Positions 7,031 through 16,359 of a stretch of 64,000 nucleotides of DNA are shown here, one piece after another. Origin of the DNA: Oscillospiraceae bacterium. Its GTDB lineage: Bacteria; Bacillota; Clostridia; Oscillospirales; CAG-272. Below the pieces are notes generated by a model. It saw only the letters and a list, made by a program, of their open reading frames with translations, was not told the origin of the DNA and ran no database searches. Positions within the stretch are counted from its first letter, which is position 1; each line of letters opens with the position of its first letter. Made by a program: the position numbers and the translations under genes. The stretch is from NCBI GenBank assembly GCA_015064445.1, contig SVSE01000006.1, forward strand, positions 2,358 through 66,357, written 5' to 3'.

Positions 7031-8512
7031 ATGAAATCAACTCTTAAAATAGATAAAAGCAAAAGAGTAGGCGCACTTGATAGGCGAATCTACGGCTCGT
7101 TTATTGAGCATCTTGGAAGAGCAGTTTATAATGGAATTTATGAGCCAACTCACAAAAGCGCAGATGATAAAGGCTTTCGTGGCGATGTTTTGTCGCTTAT
7201 CAACGAATTAAATGTTCCTATCGTGCGTTATCCAGGTGGAAACTTCGTTTCAGGCTACAACTGGGAGGACGGAATCGGCGATAAGAGCAAACGCCCTCGC
7301 AAGCTTGATTTGGCTTGGTTTACAATTGAAACAAACGAGGTCGGAATTGATGAGTTTCAGGAGTGGGCAAAGCGCGCAAATACCGATATTATGATGGCTG
7401 TCAACCTCGGCACAAGAGGCGCAGATAGCGCACGCGAGCTTATCGAATATTGCAATGGCGAAACCGATACATATTTTGCAAATCTCCGTCGTAAAAACGG
7501 ATTTGACAAGCCCTTTGGCATAAAGCTTTGGTGCCTTGGAAACGAAATGGACGGTTGGTGGCAGATTTGCCATAAAACTGCCGAGGAATACGCAAGAGAG
7601 GCAACTGAAACTGCCAAGGTTCTTAAATGGATTGACCCGTCAATTGAGCTCGTTGCGTGTGGAAGCTCTGACCATAATATGCCAACCTATGGCGAATGGG
7701 AAAGAACCGTTCTTGACCACACCTATGACTATATTGATTATCTTTCCTTGCATTGCTACTACGGAAATTATAACGGAACTGCCGATTTTCTTGCAAGAGC
7801 AGAGGATATGGATAGATTTATCAAGGAAATTGCCGACATCTGCGATGAGGTAAAGGCTAAAAAGAATAGCGACAAAGCGATAAATCTCTCCTTTGATGAG
7901 TGGAATGTTTGGTATAGAACAAAGGATGAGGAGAAGAGCGCTGAAAAATGGCAAATCGCCCCACACCTTCTCGAGGAAAAATACACCTTTGAGGACGCAC
8001 TCCTCGTTGGCTGTATGCTTTCAACACTCCAAAACAACTGTGACCGTGTAAAAATTGCGTGCCTTGCACAGCTTGTAAATGTAATCGCACCTATAATGAC
8101 TGAAAACGGTGGTGACGCGTGGAAGCAAACAATTTTTTATCCATATATGTATGCATCACTTTACGGAAACGGAGAGGTGCTTTCTGTAAATGCAAGCTCT
8201 GATTTCTATAAATCCAAGGAGGGCTGGGACATTCCATATCTTTGCACCTCTGTTGTTGATAATAAGGAAAAGGGCGAGCTCGTTATTTTTGCTACAAACC
8301 GTTCTCTTGACGAGGATATGGAGCTTGAAATTTCACTTGATGGCTATGAGGATTACAGCCTTGTAAAGCACATTGAGCTTTATAACGACGACCTTGATGC
8401 AACGAATGAAAGACATAGTGAGCGCGTGTTCCCAACCGAGCGAGCAATTGATGCAGGCTCATCAGTTAAGCTTAAAAAGCACTCTTGGAATATGCTAATT
8501 CTTAAAAAATAA
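7031..8512 (+). CDS. abfA: alpha-L-arabinofuranosidase, glycoside hydrolase family 51
   Basis: 493 aa with 'RRIYGSFIEHLGRAVYNGIYEP', 'VRYPGGNFVSGYNWEDGIG' and 'WCLGNEMDGWWQ', which are typical of GH51 AbfA. Confidence 0.9.
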   Translation: MKSTLKIDKSKRVGALDRRIYGSFIEHLGRAVYNGIYEPTHKSADDKGFRGDVLSLINELNVPIVRYPGGNFVSGYNWEDGIGDKSKRPRKLDLAWFTIETNEVGIDEFQEWAKRANTDIMMAVNLGTRGADSARELIEYCNGETDTYFANLRRKNGFDKPFGIKLWCLGNEMDGWWQICHKTAEEYAREATETAKVLKWIDPSIELVACGSSDHNMPTYGEWERTVLDHTYDYIDYLSLHCYYGNYNGTADFLARAEDMDRFIKEIADICDEVKAKKNSDKAINLSFDEWNVWYRTKDEEKSAEKWQIAPHLLEEKYTFEDALLVGCMLSTLQNNCDRVKIACLAQLVNVIAPIMTENGGDAWKQTIFYPYMYASLYGNGEVLSVNASSDFYKSKEGWDIPYLCTSVVDNKEKGELVIFATNRSLDEDMELEISLDGYEDYSLVKHIELYNDDLDATNERHSERVFPTERAIDAGSSVKLKKHSWNMLILKK

Positions 8513-8515
8513 AAT

Positions 8516-8549
8516 AAAAAGCGCGCATATGCGTGCTTTTTTTATTTTT
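8516..8549 (+). terminator. intrinsic terminator after abfA
   Basis: AGCGCGC-ATAT-GCGTGCT hairpin followed by TTTTTTTATTTTT. Confidence 0.75.
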
Positions 8550-8553
8550 ACTC

Positions 8554-8582
8554 TTGACAAAATGATAACTCGGTATTAAAAT
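8554..8582 (+). promoter_or_regulatory. sigma-A-type promoter for the antiporter gene
   Basis: TTGACA (8554-8559), a 17-nt spacer, then TAAAAT (8577-8582). This places the ATG at 8581 outside the transcript and favours the 8623 start. Confidence 0.55.
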
Positions 8583-8622
8583 GTATAAGGTTTTTCAAAT
8601 ATTATCATTTAGAGGATTTAAA

Positions 8623-9915
8623 ATGGAAATCTTATTTAGTTTATCAATTGCATTGTTCTCGGGACTTCTTTTATCGCGTCTTGCAAAGCTTTTGAAGCTT
8701 CCTGCAGTAACCGCATATCTTATCGCAGGAGTTCTGATAGGCCCATTTTGCCTTGGCGCATTCGGCGTTGAGGGGCTTGGCTTTATAAGCCTTGAAAATG
8801 TAGAAAGCTTCTCGATCATTTCCGATGTCGCACTCGGCTTTATCGCATTCTCAATAGGAAACGAATTTAGATTAACAGAGCTAAAGCAAATAGGCAAGCA
8901 GGCTACCGTAATCGGTATCTTGCAGGCAGTATTTACAACACTTGTTGTCGATGCTGCACTCATTGGCTTGCATTTCCTTATGCCTGATAAGCTTCCTTTG
9001 CCAGCTGCAATAATTCTTGGCGCTGTTGCTTCTGCTACTGCACCTGCTGCAACCCTTATGGTTGTAAAGCAGTATAAGGCTAAGGGACCTGTAACACAAA
9101 CACTTTTGCCAGTTGTTGCTCTTGACGACGCAGTAGGACTTATCCTATTTGCAGTTTCATTCGGAGTTGCAGAGGCGATTATTGCAGGTGAAATTAGCCT
9201 TGTTGCTATCATAGTAGAGCCACTTCTTGAGGTTCTTATCTCAATTGTTCTTGGCGCAACAATGGGACTTATCTTTACATTTATTGAGCGCTTCTTCCAT
9301 TCAAGGTCAAAGCGTCTTGCTGTGTCAGTTGCATTTGTTTTCTTAACTGTTGCAATATCAATGCTTAAGTTCAATATCGGTGGCGTGCATGTTGCATTTT
9401 CATCACTTCTTTCGTGTATGATGCTCGGAACAATATTCTGCAACATTTGCGACTTCTCAGCAGAGCTTATGGACCGTCTTGACCGTTGGACAGCACCTAT
9501 CTATGTGCTTTTCTTCGTTCTTAGTGGAGCAGAGCTAAACCTCGCAGTATTCAAGGATTACACAGTAATCATAATCGGTCTTGTATATATTATCTTCCGT
9601 TGCCTTGGAAAATACTATGGTGCAAGACTTAGTGCCGATTTGACAAAGGCAGATCCAAATGTAAGAAAATATCTTGGAATTACACTTTTCCCACAGGCAG
9701 GCGTAGCACTCGGCATGGCGATGAAGTCAATGGAGCTTGGCTCAATCGGTAGCATCGTTTCAAATATCGTTCTTTTCTCGGTGCTCATTTACGAGATTGT
9801 CGGACCATTCCTTACAAAAATTGCACTTACCAAGGCTGGCGATATCGACCCCGAAAAGAAATCGAGCAACAGAATCCGTCATCACGACAAAACAGTTCCA
9901 ACAACCAAAATATAA
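8623..9915 (+). CDS. cation:proton antiporter (CPA2/Kef-type Na+/H+ exchanger family)
   Basis: Polytopic membrane protein beginning 'MEILFSLSIALFSGLLLSRLAKLLKLPAVTAYLIAGVLIGP'. The RBS AGAGGA lies 7 nt upstream of the ATG at 8623. Confidence 0.8.
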   Translation: MEILFSLSIALFSGLLLSRLAKLLKLPAVTAYLIAGVLIGPFCLGAFGVEGLGFISLENVESFSIISDVALGFIAFSIGNEFRLTELKQIGKQATVIGILQAVFTTLVVDAALIGLHFLMPDKLPLPAAIILGAVASATAPAATLMVVKQYKAKGPVTQTLLPVVALDDAVGLILFAVSFGVAEAIIAGEISLVAIIVEPLLEVLISIVLGATMGLIFTFIERFFHSRSKRLAVSVAFVFLTVAISMLKFNIGGVHVAFSSLLSCMMLGTIFCNICDFSAELMDRLDRWTAPIYVLFFVLSGAELNLAVFKDYTVIIIGLVYIIFRCLGKYYGARLSADLTKADPNVRKYLGITLFPQAGVALGMAMKSMELGSIGSIVSNIVLFSVLIYEIVGPFLTKIALTKAGDIDPEKKSSNRIRHHDKTVPTTKI

Positions 9916-9916
9916 C

Positions 9917-9946
9917 AAAAAGCAAGGCTTTGCCTTGCTTTTTTCT
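9917..9946 (+). terminator. intrinsic terminator
   Basis: AAGCAAGGC-TTT-GCCTTGCTT followed by a T-run. Confidence 0.75.
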
Positions 9947-9957
9947 TTCCAACCCCC

Positions 9958-9986
9958 TTGACCTTTGTTTTTTATAATGTTATACT
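9958..9986 (+). promoter_or_regulatory. sigma-A-type promoter
   Basis: TTGACC (9958-9963), a 17-nt spacer, then TATACT (9981-9986). Confidence 0.5.
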
Positions 9987-10017
9987 AAAAGTATAAAAAC
10001 ATAAATAAGGAAAAAAT

Positions 10018-11964
10018 ATGCAGAAAAGAAAGCTTTTTTCATATACTATCGTGTATCCTGACCTTGAGCATTTAGAGGAGATTTGTCAGGATATTAAGGC
10101 GCAGGTCGATGCAGGAGTTGCAGATTGCCCACTTTTTGAATTGACGCTTGTGCCAGAGGGCAATCCACCTGTTGATAAGGCGCGAATAATGTGTGAGAAA
10201 TACGCACCCTTCAAGGCTCGTCTTGATGAGCTTGGAATAGAAAGTGGAATTCTCATTCAGGCAACCGTTGGCCATGGCTGGATTCTTGGCGAAATGTTTC
10301 CATATCAAACCCATGTCAACTTTACCGACGGAGTGGCAACACGCGTTTGCTGTCCCTTTGATGAGGGCTTTAGAGAATACATATTCAACGCAATGAAAAC
10401 TGTCGCCTCATATGGCCCCTGTCACATAATGATTGATGACGATCTTCGTACAATTTGGTACAAGGGCGAGGGCTGTGCGTGTCCTTTGCATATGGCAGAA
10501 TTTAATAAAAATGCAGGAACGGACCTTTCTCGTGAGGAGCTTTGGAACATCGTTCATGAGCGTACAGAGCAGAGCAAAAAATATACAGATATATTTATTG
10601 AGGCGCAGAAAAAATCGCTTGTCGAGGTTGCAAGAATAATAAGACGTGGAATTGATAGCGTAAATCCTAAAATTCCAGCCTCATATTGCTGTTGTGGTAA
10701 CAATGCTGAATTCGCCTATGAGATTGCAAGTGAGCTCGCAGGAGAGGAAAATCCGGTAACCGTTAGAATAAATAACGGAAACTACACTCCGACTGGCGCA
10801 CGCAATTTTAGTCGCGTATTTCAGAGAATTGCGACACAGGTGTCTAAATTAAAGGATAAGGTGGATGTTATTTTGGCAGAAACCGACACCTGTCCTCAAA
10901 ATAGATATAGTACAGGCGCTATGTCGCTTCATACACACTATACAGGCTCTATTTTAGAGGGCGCGTGTGGCGCAAAGCACTGGATAACAAGACTTATCAC
11001 TCACGAGCCAAAAAGTGGTATTGCATATAGAAAAATACTCGCTAAAAATCGTGGATTTTACGAAAAGCTGTCAGAGCTTTATCCTAAGCTCGAATGGCTC
11101 GGCTGTCGAATTCATACGCCAAGTGAGCCTAACTTTACTTACGGTAGAGTAAAGGAGGAGTGGGATGCGTGGAGCCTTTGCGTGCTTGAAAGACTTGGCT
11201 TGCCTATGTATTTTTCAAGCAAAAATGGTGGTGTTGTCTGCCTTGAGGGCGATGTTGACACAGTCCTTTCCAACGATGATATCAAAGCAATTTTAAGTGG
11301 AAATGTCATAATGGCGTCTGACACTGCACATAACCTTATAAAGCGTGGCTTTGGGGCACAAATTGGTGTTGATGTAAGAGAATGGACGGGCAAACAGCCA
11401 GTAAGAGAAATTTTTTCAGATGGCGCGATTACAGCCCTTCAGATGAAGATAAAGGAGCTTGTTCCACTTTCAGATGAGGTGCTGTGCGATTCCTATGTGT
11501 GCAACACACTTGATAACGAGATATACGAAAGGCTATTCCCAGGCTTGACAGTATATGAAAATGACCTCGGTGGAACTGTTGCAGTCTTTGCAGGTACGCC
11601 TGCTTGCGAATTCAATATTTCACAGGCATTCTCGTTTTTAAATTATTCAAGAAAGCAACAGCTTATAAAATTGCTCGGCAGTATGGGCGCACTTCCTGCC
11701 TATTATCCAAACGATGAGGAAGTGTATTTAAAGGTAGCCAAAAACGGTGACGAGCTTTTACTCGCTGTATTCAATATCGGACTCGATCCTATTGACAAGC
11801 TTGAAATGGTGTTTGAAAAAACGCCAACATCAATTGAACGCCTTTGCCCAAACGGACAAAGAGAGGCAGTTTCATTCGAAATACAAGAGGGCAGGATAGT
11901 AATGGACATTCCGTGTAATACGCTTGACCCTGTGATTATATTTGTTAAAAACAAGGAGAACTAA
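10018..11964 (+). CDS. 648-aa protein of unknown function inside the glycan-utilisation cluster
   Basis: Long uninterrupted ORF with host-like composition and no signal peptide. I recognise no family motif. It abuts the next gene (stop 11964, next ATG 11966). Confidence 0.6.
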   Translation: MQKRKLFSYTIVYPDLEHLEEICQDIKAQVDAGVADCPLFELTLVPEGNPPVDKARIMCEKYAPFKARLDELGIESGILIQATVGHGWILGEMFPYQTHVNFTDGVATRVCCPFDEGFREYIFNAMKTVASYGPCHIMIDDDLRTIWYKGEGCACPLHMAEFNKNAGTDLSREELWNIVHERTEQSKKYTDIFIEAQKKSLVEVARIIRRGIDSVNPKIPASYCCCGNNAEFAYEIASELAGEENPVTVRINNGNYTPTGARNFSRVFQRIATQVSKLKDKVDVILAETDTCPQNRYSTGAMSLHTHYTGSILEGACGAKHWITRLITHEPKSGIAYRKILAKNRGFYEKLSELYPKLEWLGCRIHTPSEPNFTYGRVKEEWDAWSLCVLERLGLPMYFSSKNGGVVCLEGDVDTVLSNDDIKAILSGNVIMASDTAHNLIKRGFGAQIGVDVREWTGKQPVREIFSDGAITALQMKIKELVPLSDEVLCDSYVCNTLDNEIYERLFPGLTVYENDLGGTVAVFAGTPACEFNISQAFSFLNYSRKQQLIKLLGSMGALPAYYPNDEEVYLKVAKNGDELLLAVFNIGLDPIDKLEMVFEKTPTSIERLCPNGQREAVSFEIQEGRIVMDIPCNTLDPVIIFVKNKEN

Positions 11965-11965
11965 A

Positions 11966-13318
11966 ATGGAAAAACTTATTCCTAATTATGAAAAGCTTCA
12001 CTCTTGGGAGCTTTATGGTGAGGAAATGCTCACAGAATATCGCCAGTGCATCGAGGAGGGACTTGATGTCGAGAAATACAAGCCACTCTTTGAGGCTGTT
12101 GCAAAATTGCCAAAGGGCGAGAACAAGGAGCTTTTGGCAGATGTTATTTTCAAAATTGTAAGCGAAGCTCCTATGGTAGAGGGCTATAAGTATAACGAGC
12201 CATCTGACCTTGAGGGCATAAAGGCTCTTTGCGTGCCATATGAGGTTGCAAAAAGAGAGCTTGACGACGCAACACTCGAGGACAAGATGCTCGGCGCTTG
12301 GCTCGGCAGAATTTGTGGCTGTCTTCTTGGAAAGCCTATCGAGGGCTGCTGGAAGGAGCACATTTGGGATATGCTCAAGGATAACGGAAACTATCCTATG
12401 CATAGATACATTCGCTTTGATAAATTCAGCGAGGAAATGAAGAAGAATACACCTTGGCTTGCGTGGAAATGCTTTGCCGACAAGGTAAGCTATATGCCAT
12501 TTGATGACGATACCAACTATATGGTTCTCGACCAAAAGGTAATTGAGCAATATGGCAGAGACTTCACTCCATATGATATGTCTAAGGCTTGGATGGCGCT
12601 TCAACCAAAGGATTCCTATTGCACAGCCGAAAGAAGAGCATTTATCAACTTTGTAGCAGGACTTACTCCACCTGAAAGCGCAAAATATAAAAACGCATAT
12701 AGAGAATGGATAGGCGCGCAGATAAGAGGCGACTATTTCGGATACATTAACCCACAAAATCCAGCTCTCGCTGCCGATATGGCGTTCAGAGATGCGTCAA
12801 TTTCACATATCAAAAATGGTATTTATGGCGAAATGTGGGCTTCTGCTATGATTGCACTTGCTTTCTCTACCGATAATAGAGAGGACATCATCAAGGGCGC
12901 ACTTGCCGAAATCCCTGCTACCTCTCGTCTATACGAAAGAATAAACGCAGTTATCGACTGGTATAAGAGTGGTGTAAGCCAAGAGGATTGCTTTGCTAAA
13001 ATTTACGAGGAGTGGAACGACCACGATTCTCATCACTGGTGCCACACAATTTCGAATGCAATGATAGTTGCTGCATCAATTCTTTACGGAGAGGGCGACT
13101 ATTCGAGAAGTATTTGTATGTCCGTGCAGGCTGGCTTTGATACTGACTGTAATGGTGCTACCGTTGGAAGCGTTTTGGGAATTATCAATGGAGCAAAGGG
13201 AATTGATAAATGCTGGACCGACCCTATAAATGATACTCTTGAAACAACAATCTTTGGTGTTACAATGGTTAAAATTTCAGAGTGTGCTAAAAAGACTATT
13301 GCACATATTCAAAAATAA
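11966..13318 (+). CDS. ADP-ribosylglycohydrolase-family protein
   Basis: 'MLGAWLGRICGCLLGKPIEG' near the N-terminus and 'GFDTDCNGATVGSVLGIINGA' near the C-terminus match the conserved ARH/DraG-fold motifs. The RBS AAGGAG precedes the ATG at 11966. Confidence 0.75.
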   Translation: MEKLIPNYEKLHSWELYGEEMLTEYRQCIEEGLDVEKYKPLFEAVAKLPKGENKELLADVIFKIVSEAPMVEGYKYNEPSDLEGIKALCVPYEVAKRELDDATLEDKMLGAWLGRICGCLLGKPIEGCWKEHIWDMLKDNGNYPMHRYIRFDKFSEEMKKNTPWLAWKCFADKVSYMPFDDDTNYMVLDQKVIEQYGRDFTPYDMSKAWMALQPKDSYCTAERRAFINFVAGLTPPESAKYKNAYREWIGAQIRGDYFGYINPQNPALAADMAFRDASISHIKNGIYGEMWASAMIALAFSTDNREDIIKGALAEIPATSRLYERINAVIDWYKSGVSQEDCFAKIYEEWNDHDSHHWCHTISNAMIVAASILYGEGDYSRSICMSVQAGFDTDCNGATVGSVLGIINGAKGIDKCWTDPINDTLETTIFGVTMVKISECAKKTIAHIQK

Positions 13319-13320
13319 AA

Positions 13321-13349
13321 AAAAGAGTGAACCTGTGTTCACTCTTTTA
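13321..13349. terminator. bidirectional terminator between convergent genes
   Basis: AGAGTGAAC-CTGT-GTTCACTCT, flanked by an A-run and a T-run. Confidence 0.7.
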
Positions 13350-13658
13350 TTATGCTTTAATAAGCTCAAGGAGCTGTTCCTTTGAGCGATAGCCGATAGC
13401 CTTGCTCGAAATCTTACCGTCCTTGAAAACAACAATGGTAGGGATTGATTGAATTCCAAACTCAATTGCAAGGTCAGTTGCCTTATCAACATCCACCTTC
13501 GCAACAGTAATGTCAGGGTTTTCAAGTGCGATTTCCTCAATAAATGGCGCAATCATCTTGCACGGACCACACCACTCGGCATAAAAGTCGAGAACTATTG
13601 TTTTTTCGCTTGCCTTAAGCTCCTCAAATTTATTTTTATCAATGTGTAGAATAGCCAT
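13350..13658 (-). CDS. trxA: thioredoxin
   Basis: 102 aa with the 'WCGPCK' active site. The start is set at 'MAILHID', preceded by the RBS AAGGAGG. Confidence 0.9.
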   Translation of the reverse strand: MAILHIDKNKFEELKASEKTIVLDFYAEWCGPCKMIAPFIEEIALENPDITVAKVDVDKATDLAIEFGIQSIPTIVVFKDGKISSKAIGYRSKEQLLELIKA

Positions 13659-13668
13659 AATTTCCTCC

Positions 13669-13872
13669 TTAATTCTTTGATTTATAGTAGAGCATACAGT
13701 GGCAGTAGCCCTCAAAATCAGGATCTGCAATCTGTTCTCTGAATTCCTTGCATATGCATTTGTTGTCCTCAGTCCTTTCAAGACGGCACGGACAGTAGCC
13801 CCCCTTGGCTTTAAGCCCCTCTTTAATGGTTTTTACAACCTCTGCATTTTCATTAAGTCTTACATTTCCCAT
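13669..13872 (-). CDS. ferredoxin-thioredoxin-reductase catalytic-subunit-like small Cys-rich protein
   Basis: 67 aa with 'CPCR', 'CICKEF' and 'GYCHCMLY', the CPC...CxC...CHC pattern of the FTR catalytic domain. It lies immediately upstream of trxA on the same strand. Confidence 0.6.
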   Translation of the reverse strand: MGNVRLNENAEVVKTIKEGLKAKGGYCPCRLERTEDNKCICKEFREQIADPDFEGYCHCMLYYKSKN

Positions 13873-14009
13873 TAGTATCACTCCTTAATTCCTTTTCTAC
13901 TTATATTTTACCATAAAATAAAGTTACAGTCAATATATCATTTAATATTGAATTTTATGGTAGAAAATGATATACTAAGCATATAAGAATATACATATAA
14001 GGAAAAGTT

Positions 14010-14867
14010 ATGAAAAATAGTGAAATTAACATAAGAGACCCCTTTATTCTTACATATGAGGGCAAATATTATATGTACGGTACAAGAGGCGCGAACACTT
14101 GGGATTGCACCGATAAAAGCAGGCTCGGCTTTGATGTCTATGTAAGCGACGATCTTGAAAATTGGAGCGAGCCACAGCCAATTTTTGAATGTTATGACGG
14201 CTTTTGGGGCGATAGACAATACTGGGCACCCGAGGTACACTACTACAAGGGAAAATTTTATCTCTTTGCAACCTTTAAAAATGAGAATGTATGTAGGGGC
14301 ACTGCAATTCTTGTGTGTGATACTCCAGACGGTAAATTTGTAGAGCATTCAAGGGGCGCTATAACTCCAAGAGAATGGGAATGCCTCGATGGCACACTCT
14401 ATGTCGAGGACGGAGTGCCTTATATAGTTTTTTGTCACGAGTGGATACAAATAAAGGACGGAGAGGTGTGTGCGCTAAGACTAACCGACGATTTAAAGGA
14501 AAGCGTTGGAGAACCTATAATGCTTTGGCGTGCAAGCACTCCGAGCTGGCGCTATGATATAAGAGGAAATGGCTCATATGTAACCGATGGACCATTCCAT
14601 ATTAAAGAGGCAGACGGGCTTGTCTTTATGTGGTCAAGCTTCTCGAAGGGAGAATATGTAGAGGCGCTTGCTCGCTCGGATAACGGAAAGATAACAGGAA
14701 ACTTCACAATAGACGAAAGGCTCTTGTTTGAAAAGGACGGAGGCCACGGAATGACCTTTACCGACCTTGACGGGAATATGCTTTTCGTATTCCATTCGCC
14801 AAACAATACGCCAAACGAAAGACCCTGTATGCGTAAAGTAACTATTGATATGTTTAAGGAGCAATAA
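14010..14867 (+). CDS. glycoside hydrolase family 43 protein (arabinofuranosidase/xylosidase type)
   Basis: 'IRDPFILTYEGKYYMYGT' and 'YWAPEVHYYKGKFYLF' are typical GH43 beta-propeller motifs. Confidence 0.8.
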   Translation: MKNSEINIRDPFILTYEGKYYMYGTRGANTWDCTDKSRLGFDVYVSDDLENWSEPQPIFECYDGFWGDRQYWAPEVHYYKGKFYLFATFKNENVCRGTAILVCDTPDGKFVEHSRGAITPREWECLDGTLYVEDGVPYIVFCHEWIQIKDGEVCALRLTDDLKESVGEPIMLWRASTPSWRYDIRGNGSYVTDGPFHIKEADGLVFMWSSFSKGEYVEALARSDNGKITGNFTIDERLLFEKDGGHGMTFTDLDGNMLFVFHSPNNTPNERPCMRKVTIDMFKEQ

Positions 14868-14868
14868 A

Positions 14869-16335
14869 ATGAAGCAGATTTTTAATCCATTTCTTCCATT
14901 AAATGAATACATTCCAGACGGAGAGCCACATGTTTTTGGCGATAGAGTGTATGTATATGGCTCACACGATAAGGAAAGTGGCGAGTTCTTTTGTATGCTC
15001 GACTATGTTACATATTCAGCACCACTTGACAATTTAAGAGACTGGCGCTACGAGGGCGTAATCTATAAGGCATCACAGGACCCAGATTACCCAAATCATA
15101 GATATATGTACGCACCTGATGTCGTTCAAGGCAATGATGGCAGATATTATCTTTTCTATTCCTTGGCAGACAAGCATGAGTGTAGTAATATTATGAGCGT
15201 TGCTGTGTGCGATACCCCTTGTGGAGAGTTCCAATTCCTTGGCTATGTTCAAAATCCCGACGGCACACCACTCAAAGACTTCATAATCTTTGACCCAGGT
15301 GTTATAAACGATAACGGACACATTTATCTTTACTATGGCGTTTGGTATGATTTTGATGAAAATCCTGCCTACACTCGTGAGCAGAGCATAGAAAAGCAAA
15401 TGTCAATGTATAGAAAAACTCGTGAGGAAATCGAGAGCACCGAGGGAGGAGTACAGGGCCCTGTGTGCGTAGAGCTTTGCGATGATATGCTTACAATAAA
15501 GCATAAGCCAAGACACATTTTTCCAACAACCTTTAAGGGCACTCCATTTGAGGGATACGAGTTCTTTGAGGCAAGCTCAATTCGTAAAATCGGAGAAAAA
15601 TATTATTTCATTTATTCTACATTTAATCAGCACGAGCTCGCATATGCAACAAGTGACTATCCAGACAGAGATTTTGAGTTTGGTGGAGTTATAATTTCAA
15701 ACGGAGATATCGGCTATAACGGTAGAAAAGACGAGGATAGACTCAATAGAACAGGAAACAACCACGGAAGCATCGAAAAAATCGGTGATGACTGGTACAT
15801 TTTCTATCATCGTCAGACACACAAAAACGATTATTCTCGCCAAGCGTGTGCTGAGAAAATCGAGCTTCTTCCAGATGGCACAATCCCACAGGTAGAGATG
15901 ACCTCCTGTGGACTTAACTATGGTCCACTTGCTGGCAGGGGCACTTATCCTGCTGTAATTTGCTGTAACCTTACAAACGGTAAAATGCCACACACAACCG
16001 AGGTAAAGGACGCAAAAATCCCTTATATCGTTTGCAAAAATGGCGAGAGAATTATTACCGAGGTTGAAAATAACACAATGATAGGCTATAAGTATTTCAG
16101 CTTTGATAATGTTAAGACAATCGGCATAACAGTAAGAGACCTTGATAATCCAAAGGGAAAAATTCTTATAAGGCTCTCCGAAAATGGAGAGGCAATAGCT
16201 GAAATTCCACTCCAAGGTGCGAGAGAGTGGACTACCTTCTCAACAGCAGTAAGTATTGAAAATGGCACATATCCACTTTACTTTGTTTACATAGGAGAGG
16301 GCGAAATTGAGGTAAAGGATATCTGTATGCAGTAA
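14869..16335 (+). CDS. glycoside hydrolase family 43 protein with C-terminal beta-sandwich domain
   Basis: 'NPFLPLNEYIPDGEPHVFGDRVYVYGSHD' and 'YMYAPDVVQGNDGRYYLFYS'. The RBS AAGGAG precedes the ATG at 14869. Confidence 0.8.
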   Translation: MKQIFNPFLPLNEYIPDGEPHVFGDRVYVYGSHDKESGEFFCMLDYVTYSAPLDNLRDWRYEGVIYKASQDPDYPNHRYMYAPDVVQGNDGRYYLFYSLADKHECSNIMSVAVCDTPCGEFQFLGYVQNPDGTPLKDFIIFDPGVINDNGHIYLYYGVWYDFDENPAYTREQSIEKQMSMYRKTREEIESTEGGVQGPVCVELCDDMLTIKHKPRHIFPTTFKGTPFEGYEFFEASSIRKIGEKYYFIYSTFNQHELAYATSDYPDRDFEFGGVIISNGDIGYNGRKDEDRLNRTGNNHGSIEKIGDDWYIFYHRQTHKNDYSRQACAEKIELLPDGTIPQVEMTSCGLNYGPLAGRGTYPAVICCNLTNGKMPHTTEVKDAKIPYIVCKNGERIITEVENNTMIGYKYFSFDNVKTIGITVRDLDNPKGKILIRLSENGEAIAEIPLQGAREWTTFSTAVSIENGTYPLYFVYIGEGEIEVKDICMQ

Positions 16336-16359
16336 TGCATTCAAGGAAAAGGCGCTTTA

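Noticed and set aside
8595-9446. 283-aa ORF antisense to the cation:proton antiporter gene
   Set aside because: It lies entirely inside, and opposite to, a gene with a clear family signature. The sequence is low-complexity (S/A/T/I-rich), and there is no RBS. This is typical of a shadow ORF.
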